Virus record (IMG/VR): IMGVR_UViG_3300044820_000144
Location: 51,592-115,591 of that record
From: a virus
Direction: 5' to 3' (one strand)
DNA: 64,000 nucleotides
The translations under genes were made by a program, and so were the position numbers. Shown piece after piece: positions 9,095 through 17,600 of this stretch. The notes below the pieces were generated by a model. That model was not told the origin of the DNA, ran no database searches, and saw nothing but the letters and a program-made list of their open reading frames with translations. How positions within the stretch are numbered: the first letter of the stretch is position 1; the number at the start of each line of letters is the position of its first letter.

Positions 9095-9625
9095 ATGGCA
9101 TCCAGCTACGGTCTGAACTTCGGCTTCCGCCGGAGTGACGAGACCGTCCGCGTCGCCGAGGGTCGATTCAAGACCCCGGCGTCTGGCCCCGCCCTCCTGA
9201 TCGGGACGGCCGTCCAGATCGATTCCGCGACTCCCGGGTACGTGAAGGCCTGCTCCGCGCAGGCCCCGCTCGTTCCCGGATTCTCTGGCCTGCTCCTGCA
9301 GGAAGAGATCATGTTCCGGAGCATCTACGAGCAGCAGGTCGTCGACGTCTACGCCCTCGGCGTGGCGAAGCTGAACCGGCTGTCCGTCATCACCTCCGGT
9401 GCCGGCACGAAGGTCTGGCTGCAGAACACCGCATCCTCGACCCGCGCCGACGGCCGCGTCATTCCCGCCGTCAACATCTGGGTCACCACCGGTGTGGGCG
9501 TCGGGGACTACCTCGGCTGGAACGGCACCGCCTGGGCCAAGACCACCGTCGCGGCCGAGCAGTGGATGGTCGTCACCTACCTGGACGCGGCGAACGGCAA
9601 GTGCGAGGCGGTGATGGTGAAGTGA
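9095..9625 (+). CDS. Putative capsid decoration protein
   Basis: 176-aa beta-rich protein between scaffold and capsid; strong RBS GAAGGGAGG. Confidence 0.65.
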   Translation: MASSYGLNFGFRRSDETVRVAEGRFKTPASGPALLIGTAVQIDSATPGYVKACSAQAPLVPGFSGLLLQEEIMFRSIYEQQVVDVYALGVAKLNRLSVITSGAGTKVWLQNTASSTRADGRVIPAVNIWVTTGVGVGDYLGWNGTAWAKTTVAAEQWMVVTYLDAANGKCEAVMVK

Positions 9626-10596
9626 AGACCACCGCGAAGGACTTCATCGCCGCGAACGGCAAGCTCGACTCCTGGGGCCGCGACCGGTCCGCGCAGGAGG
9701 CCGCCAAGGAGCTGGCCGCCAAGCTCGACGCCGAGGCCCGCGAGAACTGGGACAACGAGGCCTGGCACCGCCAGGTCGCGGCCGACCTGGCCAGCTCGCT
9801 CGACTACGGTTTCGTGTTCGAGAACCTGTTCTCCTCGTACATCGACACCGAGACCGTCGGCGAGTTCGACCGCGTGATCCTGCGCGAGCGGCGCGGCATG
9901 AAGGTGTTCTACACCTCCCGCGGCGGCTACATCGACGAGTCGCAGATCAAGAACGAGATGTGGGAACTGCCCCGTGACACCATGGGCTTCCACGTCTCCG
10001 AGCACATCGACAAGCTCCGCGCGAACTTCTCCGAGACGATCGCCGACCTGGCCTCGCTCGGGCAGTCCCGCCTGGAGGCCGAGGTCAACCGGCGCATCCT
10101 GAACCTCGCGCAGTCGGCCATCCCGAACACCTCGGCGAACTACGTGGCGTCCACCGGCCTGGCCAAGGCCGAGGTCGACCACGCGGTCCGCGCTGTTCGT
10201 GACGCGGTCAAGCCCGACGGCACCGGGGCTGTCCCGGTGACCATCCTGGGCCGCGCCACGATGATCGACAAGCTCGCGGACCTCCTGCCCACGTTCGCCC
10301 CGGTGGCGATCGAGGAGATCCGTCAGCAGGGCTTCCTGGGCCACTACAAGGGCGCGCAGGTCATCGTCGTGCGCAACTACGTGGACGAGGAGGGCGCGGC
10401 CTTCCTCCCGGGCAACGAGCTGTGGATCATGGGCGGCACCGCCGGCAAGTTCGCGCTCTACGGCGGCCTCACGGTCAAGTCGTGGGACGAGAACACCGTC
10501 GACTACAGGCACTACCGCGCCCGCAAGGACATCGGTGGCCTCATCCACCACCCGGAGCAGCTGCGCCGGATCGTGGACTCCTCCGAGACGGCCTGA
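9622..10596 (+). CDS. Major capsid protein (HK97 fold)
   Basis: 324 aa, position, GC-optimised codons, motifs such as RGGYI...ELPRDTMGFHV and ELWIMG...GKF. Confidence 0.82.
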   Translation: MKTTAKDFIAANGKLDSWGRDRSAQEAAKELAAKLDAEARENWDNEAWHRQVAADLASSLDYGFVFENLFSSYIDTETVGEFDRVILRERRGMKVFYTSRGGYIDESQIKNEMWELPRDTMGFHVSEHIDKLRANFSETIADLASLGQSRLEAEVNRRILNLAQSAIPNTSANYVASTGLAKAEVDHAVRAVRDAVKPDGTGAVPVTILGRATMIDKLADLLPTFAPVAIEEIRQQGFLGHYKGAQVIVVRNYVDEEGAAFLPGNELWIMGGTAGKFALYGGLTVKSWDENTVDYRHYRARKDIGGLIHHPEQLRRIVDSSETA

Positions 10597-10703
10597 CGGC
10601 CGGGCTCGAAGCGCTCGAAAGCGGCCGGCACCTCACCCAGAGGTGTCGGCCGCTTCGTCGTGCCACCCCCACGCACCCACTGCACACCCCCCAGGGGAGA
10701 AAC

Positions 10704-11168
10704 ATGTCTCCGTCGGCGAAACAGGTGCTGCACGCCATCGCCTGGCCCCCGGCCCGGATGACCCACCCGTCCTTCTACGGCATCCTGCTCGTCCTCAACC
10801 TGCTGCACGTCGCCCTCGGCCTGGTCAGCATCTTCGCGACCCACAACACGCCGCTGTGGTTCTACTTCGGCGGAGACCGCGGCCTGGACGCGCTCGGGAT
10901 CATCCACGTCATCATCGCCACCGTGATGTTCGCCGGCATGTACCTGGGCCACTACGCTCTCGTGCGCGCCGCGATGCTCTGCTCCATCACGTGCTACCTG
11001 CTGAAGTTCTGCCTGTTCACCGCGGCGGTCATCAGGTCCCGGTTACTGCCCGGTGTCATCGACCTATCCTGGGAAACGCCCATCTTCACCGCGGGACTCG
11101 CGCTGCTGTCCCTGGCCGTCTACTGGCAACCCACCCCCTCCAGCCGCGAGTACCAGGTACTGCACTAA
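10704..11168 (+). CDS. Four-TM membrane protein (154 aa), paralog A
   Basis: Four hydrophobic segments; GGAGA RBS before ATG 10704. Confidence 0.8.
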   Translation: MSPSAKQVLHAIAWPPARMTHPSFYGILLVLNLLHVALGLVSIFATHNTPLWFYFGGDRGLDALGIIHVIIATVMFAGMYLGHYALVRAAMLCSITCYLLKFCLFTAAVIRSRLLPGVIDLSWETPIFTAGLALLSLAVYWQPTPSSREYQVLH

Positions 11169-11295
11169 ACCGCCACCTGACGGTCAGTTACACAAGGTCA
11201 CCGGTCGAGGACACGGGCGAAGCTCCGCACCGGAGACCGACCGAAACAGACCGCCTCGGGCCGCCCACCGCCCCCGTCACGGAGGAGCGCCCGGT

Positions 11296-11760
11296 ATGCC
11301 CTTCGGACTTGGGAAGGCCTTCCACGCAGTCGTCGTACCCCCCGTGCGAGTCCTTCTCCCGAACTTCCACGGCGTCCTGCTCGGCATGACGATCCTGCAC
11401 ATCTGTCTCGGCGCCGCGGCCCTGTTCGGCCCCCACAACATGCTGTGGCACTACTTCGGCGGCCGACCTGGCCTGGCCGGCATTGCCGTGATGCACTGGA
11501 CCGTCGCCGCGATGATTGTCGTCGGCGCCTACACCCGCTTCGTCATCACCAGCACCGGCCTCCTGTTCTCCTTCAGCCTCTACCTGCTGCAACTGTGCCT
11601 GTTCATGGCCGCCATCATCCATTCGATATCTTCCGGGCGCGCAGGGATGCTCATCTTCGAAGGCCCCATCAACACCGTGGCCCTCATGCTGCTTTCGCTC
11701 GTCGCCTACCGGCAACCGGTCGTGCAGGTCACCCTCCAAGCCCCCGAGGAGTTCGACTGA
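11296..11760 (+). CDS. Four-TM membrane protein (154 aa), paralog B
   Basis: Same length and shared LH..LG...F..HN.LW.YFGG..GL motif with paralog A; GGAGGAG RBS. Confidence 0.8.
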   Translation: MPFGLGKAFHAVVVPPVRVLLPNFHGVLLGMTILHICLGAAALFGPHNMLWHYFGGRPGLAGIAVMHWTVAAMIVVGAYTRFVITSTGLLFSFSLYLLQLCLFMAAIIHSISSGRAGMLIFEGPINTVALMLLSLVAYRQPVVQVTLQAPEEFD

Positions 11761-12170
11761 TGGACGGGGCGATCCTGACCGCGCTGATCTCAGCCGCCGT
11801 CGCCATCGGAGGGACGATCGCCGCCTTCCTGTCGCGGAACAAGGACTCCACGGACAAGCGCCTGGACCTGTTGTTCACCGCCAACAAGGATCTCGTCGAG
11901 GACCTACGGACCGAACGCACCGAGCTGCGCACCGAACGCACCGAGCTGCGCGCCCGGCTGGACGTCCTGGAATCCGAGGTCGAAGGCCTCCAGGTGAAGG
12001 TCCACCAACAGGACAACGAGCTGGCGAACCTCCGCGCCCGCGAACTGGAACTGCGCGCCTGGGCCGACGACATCATGCGCTGGGCCGCCACCGCCGTCAC
12101 CCTCATCCGCGGCATGGGCGGCACCATCGACAACCCGCCAACCCCACCCCGCCAGCCCATCGACCCGTGA
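11760..12170 (+). CDS. N-terminal TM plus coiled-coil protein (lysis-cassette type)
   Basis: Hydrophobic N-terminus then heptads including LRTERTE x2; TGATG coupling. Confidence 0.75.
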   Translation: MDGAILTALISAAVAIGGTIAAFLSRNKDSTDKRLDLLFTANKDLVEDLRTERTELRTERTELRARLDVLESEVEGLQVKVHQQDNELANLRARELELRAWADDIMRWAATAVTLIRGMGGTIDNPPTPPRQPIDP

Positions 12171-12270
12171 CCGACAGCTGACCCCGCGAGCTGCTCACTC
12201 GTTTTCGACCACCAGGGCGCCGACTACTCCCCGTCAGCACGAGCGAACGTGGAACGGGAAGGACGTCGCC

Positions 12271-12807
12271 ATGGTCAGGCCCCTGGTCAACGAGGAAGAC
12301 GCTGTCGTCGAGTCATGGGAGATCGCCTTCGCGGGCTCCGTCTGGGTGTGGATCTACGACCGACGCGAGGACGCGTACAAGAAGGTCCAGGTCGGCAATA
12401 CCTCCGGCTCCAAGCGCCTGCACATCACCCGCGACGACCGCAAGTACAACCAGGAACTCATTCCCGACGAGAACAGGCGCCTGGATCCGTTCACCAACGG
12501 CTCTCTGCGCCTGCTCGGCTCCGCCAACCGCGACGAGTCCCTCGACATCCGCAACCACTTCGCCGACGACGAGCTGACCGCCATGTTCGAGGTCCGCGAC
12601 CCCGACCTGTTCGCCGAGGCCCTCGCCGACATCACCAGCGAAGTCGTCCTGCGCCGCCTCGCGGCCCTGGCCGACGCCCACGCCACGGTGAACCAGAACA
12701 ACGCGCTGCGCGACCTCATTCAGGCCCGCTACCCGATCGGCGGCACCCAGAAGACCGTCCGGGAGATGTTCGAAGCCGGCGAACGCATCGGCGCCGGGCG
12801 CATCTGA
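12271..12807 (+). CDS. Hypothetical virion-region protein
   Basis: RBS GGAAGGA; phage codon usage; followed by terminator. Confidence 0.75.
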   Translation: MVRPLVNEEDAVVESWEIAFAGSVWVWIYDRREDAYKKVQVGNTSGSKRLHITRDDRKYNQELIPDENRRLDPFTNGSLRLLGSANRDESLDIRNHFADDELTAMFEVRDPDLFAEALADITSEVVLRRLAALADAHATVNQNNALRDLIQARYPIGGTQKTVREMFEAGERIGAGRI

Positions 12808-12817
12808 CCCTTCCTCG

Positions 12818-12859
12818 AACGAACAGCCCTCACCGCTACGGCGCTGAGGGCTGTTCGTT
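12818..12859 (+). terminator. Intrinsic terminator-like hairpin
   Basis: Perfect 15-bp stem AACGAACAGCCCTCA/TGAGGGCTGTTCGTT. Confidence 0.75.
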
Positions 12860-12916
12860 TCCCCCTCGCCAGCGCCGAGGCAGTGAGAGCACATCAGGGC
12901 TCTCAGGAGGAATCCC

Positions 12917-13288
12917 ATGCCGTACAGCGCCATTGCGAAGAACTACATGCTGGACCAGCTGGCCTCGCAGGCGACGTACGCGAGCCTGCACACCTCCAGC
13001 CCCGGCTCCACCGGCGCCAACGAGGTCACCGGCGGCACCCCCGCCTACGCCCGCAAGGCGCTCACCTGGGACGCCGCGTCCGGCGGGTCGATGTCGCTGC
13101 ACTCCGGCAGCACCCCCACCTTCGACGTCCCCGCCGCCACCACCATCACCCACGTGGGCATCTGGTCCGCGGCCACGGCGGGCACCTACTACGGCTACGT
13201 CGACGTCACCGACGAGACGTTCGCCGCCCAGGGCACCTACCAGATCACGTCCGGCACGTTCGACCTGAACGCCACCACGTCGGCCTGA
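12917..13288 (+). CDS. Minor structural / fibre-associated protein
   Basis: YASLHT..PG.TGANEV.GG..YARK...W...TITH.GIWSA.T.GT motif typical of actinophage minor tail proteins. Confidence 0.75.
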   Translation: MPYSAIAKNYMLDQLASQATYASLHTSSPGSTGANEVTGGTPAYARKALTWDAASGGSMSLHSGSTPTFDVPAATTITHVGIWSAATAGTYYGYVDVTDETFAAQGTYQITSGTFDLNATTSA

Positions 13289-13329
13289 CGTCCGCGCCAG
13301 CCTGAGTCGAGCCCGAACAGGGGGCCCCG

Positions 13330-13683
13330 GTGGACGCCCACGCGAACCTGGCGATCACGGCAGTCGCCACGCCGCCCAGCCCCGCGACCACCGGCACCAG
13401 CCTCACGGTGACCGCGGGGACCGGCAGCCGCTTCCCGGCCGCCCCGTTCAACGCGACCATCTGGCCCGCCGGCCTCTCACCCGACCCCACCAACGCTGAG
13501 ATCGTCCGCGTGACGGCCCGAGCCACCGACACGCTGACCATCACCCGCGCCCAAGAGTCGACGACGGCCCGCACCGTCATCGCGACCGACCAGATCGCCG
13601 CCACCATCACCGCGAAGACGTTGACCGACATCGAGACCCTGCTGGCTGACACGACCGTCCTGCTCGAAGTCGGTGCCCTGTGA
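13330..13683 (+). CDS. Structural protein (fibre N-terminal anchor-like domain)
   Basis: EIVRVTARATDTLTITRAQESTTAR motif typical of phage fibre N-termini. Confidence 0.7.
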   Translation: MDAHANLAITAVATPPSPATTGTSLTVTAGTGSRFPAAPFNATIWPAGLSPDPTNAEIVRVTARATDTLTITRAQESTTARTVIATDQIAATITAKTLTDIETLLADTTVLLEVGAL

Positions 13684-13997
13684 CCGCGACCGCGAAGAAG
13701 CTGTACGGCGGCACCCTGTCCACCTCGGCGGGCACCGTGCTGTACACCGCCCCCTCCTCCACCACCACCGTCATCACCAGCCTGACTATCTGCAACAAGA
13801 CGGCCACCGCCGCCACCATCACGATGGCCATCGACGGAGTCACTCTGTTCGCCGCCGCCACCGTGAACGGGAACGAAACGTGGCTGATCGGCCCGAGCGA
13901 CCTGCGCCAGGCCATGGCCACTACCACCACGATCACCGGCAGCGCCGGCACCTCGGCCACGATCGATGTGCGGATCAGCGGAGCTGAAATCACATGA
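13680..13997 (+). CDS. Small beta-sandwich structural protein
   Basis: LYTAPSSTTTVITSLTICN; paralogous to 22621-22953. Confidence 0.7.
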   Translation: MTATAKKLYGGTLSTSAGTVLYTAPSSTTTVITSLTICNKTATAATITMAIDGVTLFAAATVNGNETWLIGPSDLRQAMATTTTITGSAGTSATIDVRISGAEIT

Positions 13998-14656
13998 GCC
14001 CCAGCATCTGGCCGCCCCGGAGCACCCCGCAGAACGGCGTCGACTACTGGCTGTGGCGGGGCTACCGCAATGAGCCGTTCGCGCCGAACCTGCAGCTCGG
14101 CGCCGACTACGGTGCACCCAATTCCAACGACGCCTTCCCGGGATACACGTTCCCATCAGGCGCCGTCAACGGCTCGTCTTTCACGTTCACCCCAGTCCCC
14201 CTGTTCGGGCCGGGGAAGACGTACGGGACCTGCACCATCACGTGGGACCTCTGGCTCCAAAGCCAGGGCAACAACAACAACACGCTGTACTTCCTAAACT
14301 CCCCTGCCACCTTCGGGCCCGGGATCAGTTTCGGCGGCCTCGGGACGGCCTTCACGATCAACTACTCGTCGCAGACCTGGGCGGGGACCCTCGCGAGCTA
14401 CACGTCGGGTAACGGCAGCGCCTGGTACCAGACAGCGCTCTCGTGTTTGATGTCGATGACCTGGACCGCCGTGCCCGGCGTCGGCTTCGCCGCCTACACG
14501 GTGTCTGTCACTCACCCCATCCTCGGCGTCTTCAGCGCCAACAACGCCTCCGGCACAGATATCGCGGTCTCTCCACAGTTCAAGGCCTACTGGTCGTCGA
14601 GTAGCCCCGTGGTAAACCCGTGCACCTTCCGCAACGTGAAGATCACTTACAGCTGA
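13994..14656 (+). CDS. Beta-rich hypothetical structural protein
   Basis: ATGA coupling; aromatic/Gly/Ser/Thr-rich. Confidence 0.65.
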   Translation: MSPSIWPPRSTPQNGVDYWLWRGYRNEPFAPNLQLGADYGAPNSNDAFPGYTFPSGAVNGSSFTFTPVPLFGPGKTYGTCTITWDLWLQSQGNNNNTLYFLNSPATFGPGISFGGLGTAFTINYSSQTWAGTLASYTSGNGSAWYQTALSCLMSMTWTAVPGVGFAAYTVSVTHPILGVFSANNASGTDIAVSPQFKAYWSSSSPVVNPCTFRNVKITYS

Positions 14657-14697
14657 GGGTTCAGGTCGACCGGTAAGACGAGGAGAAGGGGGAGGCC

Positions 14698-17600
14698 ATG
14701 TACGGCGGCCTTCCCTTCGGCGCAGCTCCGTTCGCCGGCACCGCGAGTTCGGCCAAGCGGGCCACGACCTCCCTGTCGCTCACCGGCGGCGGAGCCACCA
14801 CAGCCCTCGGGGCCAAGCACGCCCACATAGCCCCGGCTCTGTCCGGCGGCGACATCGACGCCGTCACGGCCACCACGGCCCGTCGGTGCAGTCCCTTCAC
14901 GCTGCACGGCGGCGGAAACCAGACCACCCTCGACGTCAAGCACGCCCTGGCCTCGGTCACGGTCGAGCTGGACGACTTCCTCCTGGGCACCTCCTACCTC
15001 GGCCCCGACTACACGCTGACCGTCACCGGAGGCGGCGCCACCTCGATCGGCGGGCATGCCGCCGACTTCAGCGACGTCCACGCCACCACCGGCGGCACCG
15101 CCACAGCCGCTGGCACCGCCCACCGCCAGGGCACCGCCACCCTGTCCGGCGGAGACACCCTCACCGCCACCGCGACCACCCTCCGTGCCACCGCCCTGGC
15201 CGACTCCTCCGGCGGCAGCCTCACCGCGGCCACGACCCGACACGTCACCGGCTCCACCCTGGCGTGCAGCAGCGGCGGCACCACCGACCTGGCTACCCAC
15301 CGGACCGCCATCAGCGCCGTCACGGCCTCCGGCGGCGGCGACAGTGTTGTCGCCGGGCACAAGCAGGCAGCCGCCTCGCCCGCCCTGACCGGCGGCGACA
15401 TCGACCAGGCCACCGGCACCACCACCCGCACGACTGCCATCACCCTCGCCGGCGGCGACAGCGCCACCATCGCCGCAGCCATCCACACCAGCGGCCCACT
15501 AGCCCCGCCCCTCACCGGCGGCGGCACACTGGCAGTCAGCGGCGCCCGCGCGGCACGAGAAGCCCTGGCCCTGCCCGGCGGCGGCACCCAGCTGACCACC
15601 GGCCGGAAGATCGCCTCGACGTCCGCCGAGGCATCCGGCGGCGGCACCACCGACGCCACCGGCCGGCACGACGCCAGCACTAGCCTGACCCTCACCAGCG
15701 GCGCGACCCACCTCACCATCGACGCCGTCGCCCACCGCGCCACCACCCTGACCGCCACCGACGGCGGGACCCTCACCGCCACCGCCACCCGGGCCGCCCG
15801 CACCACCATCACCTGCACGAGCGGCGACAACCTGGCACTCACCGGGTTCGCCCGCGCCAACGGACGCCTGTACCCGCCCCTGACCGGCGGCGGAACGCCG
15901 AGCCTCATCGCCGCCAAGGGCGCCCTGTACGCCCCCGCCGACAGCGGCGGAGGCGGCCCCGGAGCCAGCGCCGCCAAGGGCGCGGCGTCGACCCTCAACC
16001 TGCCCGGCGGCGGCACCAGCACGGCCACCGCCACCCGCACCGCTACCGGCCACGTGGCGACCAGCGATGGCGGTTCCGGTGACGTCACGGCGACGCGGAC
16101 CACCAGCAGCGGCCTGCTCCTCACCGGCTCCGGGAACGCCAGCGACCTGGCCGTCAAGCATGCGCTTGCCTCGGTCGCCATCGAGCTGGACGACTTCGTC
16201 CTCGGCACCTCCTACCTGGGACCCTCCTACACCCTCACGATCAGTTCAGGTGGGGCCCTCACCGCCACCGGCCACATCGTTACCCAGGGCCAACTGCACG
16301 CCAGCGACGGCGGCGACCAGTCCACCACCGCCACCAAGCGCGCCGACACCGCCCTGGCCGACACCAGCGGCGGCACCACCACCGCCACCGGTCGGCGCGT
16401 CGTGGACGCCAGCCCGCTGCTGCTCACCGGAGGCGGGGCAGGCGCGACCACCGGTGGTCGCGGCGCCTACAGCGCACTCACCGACACTGCGGGCGGCCAA
16501 GGGGCCGCCAGCGGATCCAAGCAAGCCCGCAGCGACGCCAGTCAAGCTGCCGGCGGCGCAGACGCTGCGCAGGGGCTCAAGGCCACCACGGGCCAGCTCG
16601 TCGACCACGCCGGCGACACCAGTACGGTCGCCGCCGCCAAGCACGCCACCACACCTATCGCCGCGACCACCGGTGACGACCTCGCCATGGGGGGGTCCGC
16701 CAACGACCGCGGCGACCTGTTCCCCCCACTGTCCGGCGGCGGCACCCCGACCGCCAGCGGGCTCAAGGGTGGACACGGCGAGGCCGCCGCCTCCGACGGG
16801 GGCGCCACCAGCATCACCGCCCGCCGCGCCACGACCGGCTCGTTGGCCGGCGACGGCGGTGGAGACTGTGCCGCCACGGGGGAGCGGACCGCCCGCGGCC
16901 AGCTGAGCCTGACCGGCTCGGGTACCGGCAGCGACCTGGGCACCAAGCACGCCCTCGCCTCAGTCACGGTTGAGCTGGTCGACTTCCTGCTCGGCACCTC
17001 CTACCTCGGCCCCGCTTACACGTTGACCGTCACCACCGGTGGCGCAACGACCGTCACCGGTGCGCACACGGCGGCGGGCGCCCTGGCCGACACGGCCGGC
17101 GGGTCCCTCACCGTCACCGGGCACGCCAGCGGCTCGGGCGCCCTGTACGACACCGCGGGCGGCACGCTCGCCGCAACCGGGGCCCGGTCGACGACCGCGA
17201 CGCTCACCGACACCTCTGGTGGCAACACAGCCGCGGCAGGTGCGAAGCGTGCGCTCGCGCAGGTCAGCGCGAGCGACGGCGGGGACTGCGCCACCCAGGC
17301 GAGCAAGGCCACCGGGTCACCGGTCGACCTGGACGGCGGCGGATCCCTCGCCGCGCTAGGCGCCAAGCACGCCGCAGCATCGGTCGCGGCCACCACCGGC
17401 GACAACCTGGTCGCCACCGGCGTCGCCCGCCCCGAGGGGCGGCTGTACCCACCGCTGTCCGGCGGCGGCTACACCCTGCTCGACACCCGCCGGCAGGCCT
17501 ACACCGCTCTCGCCGAGACCGACGGCGGACAGTGCGCCACCACGGGCGTCAAGCAGGCCACCACCGACCTGACCCTGGCCGGCGGTGGCAGCGAGGACGT

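Noticed and set aside
14647-14669. Further TT-N14-GYCGA copies before the 1900-aa gene and before the glycosyltransferase (27838)
   Set aside because: GYCGA is present but the upstream TT is not at 14-nt spacing, so they were not counted
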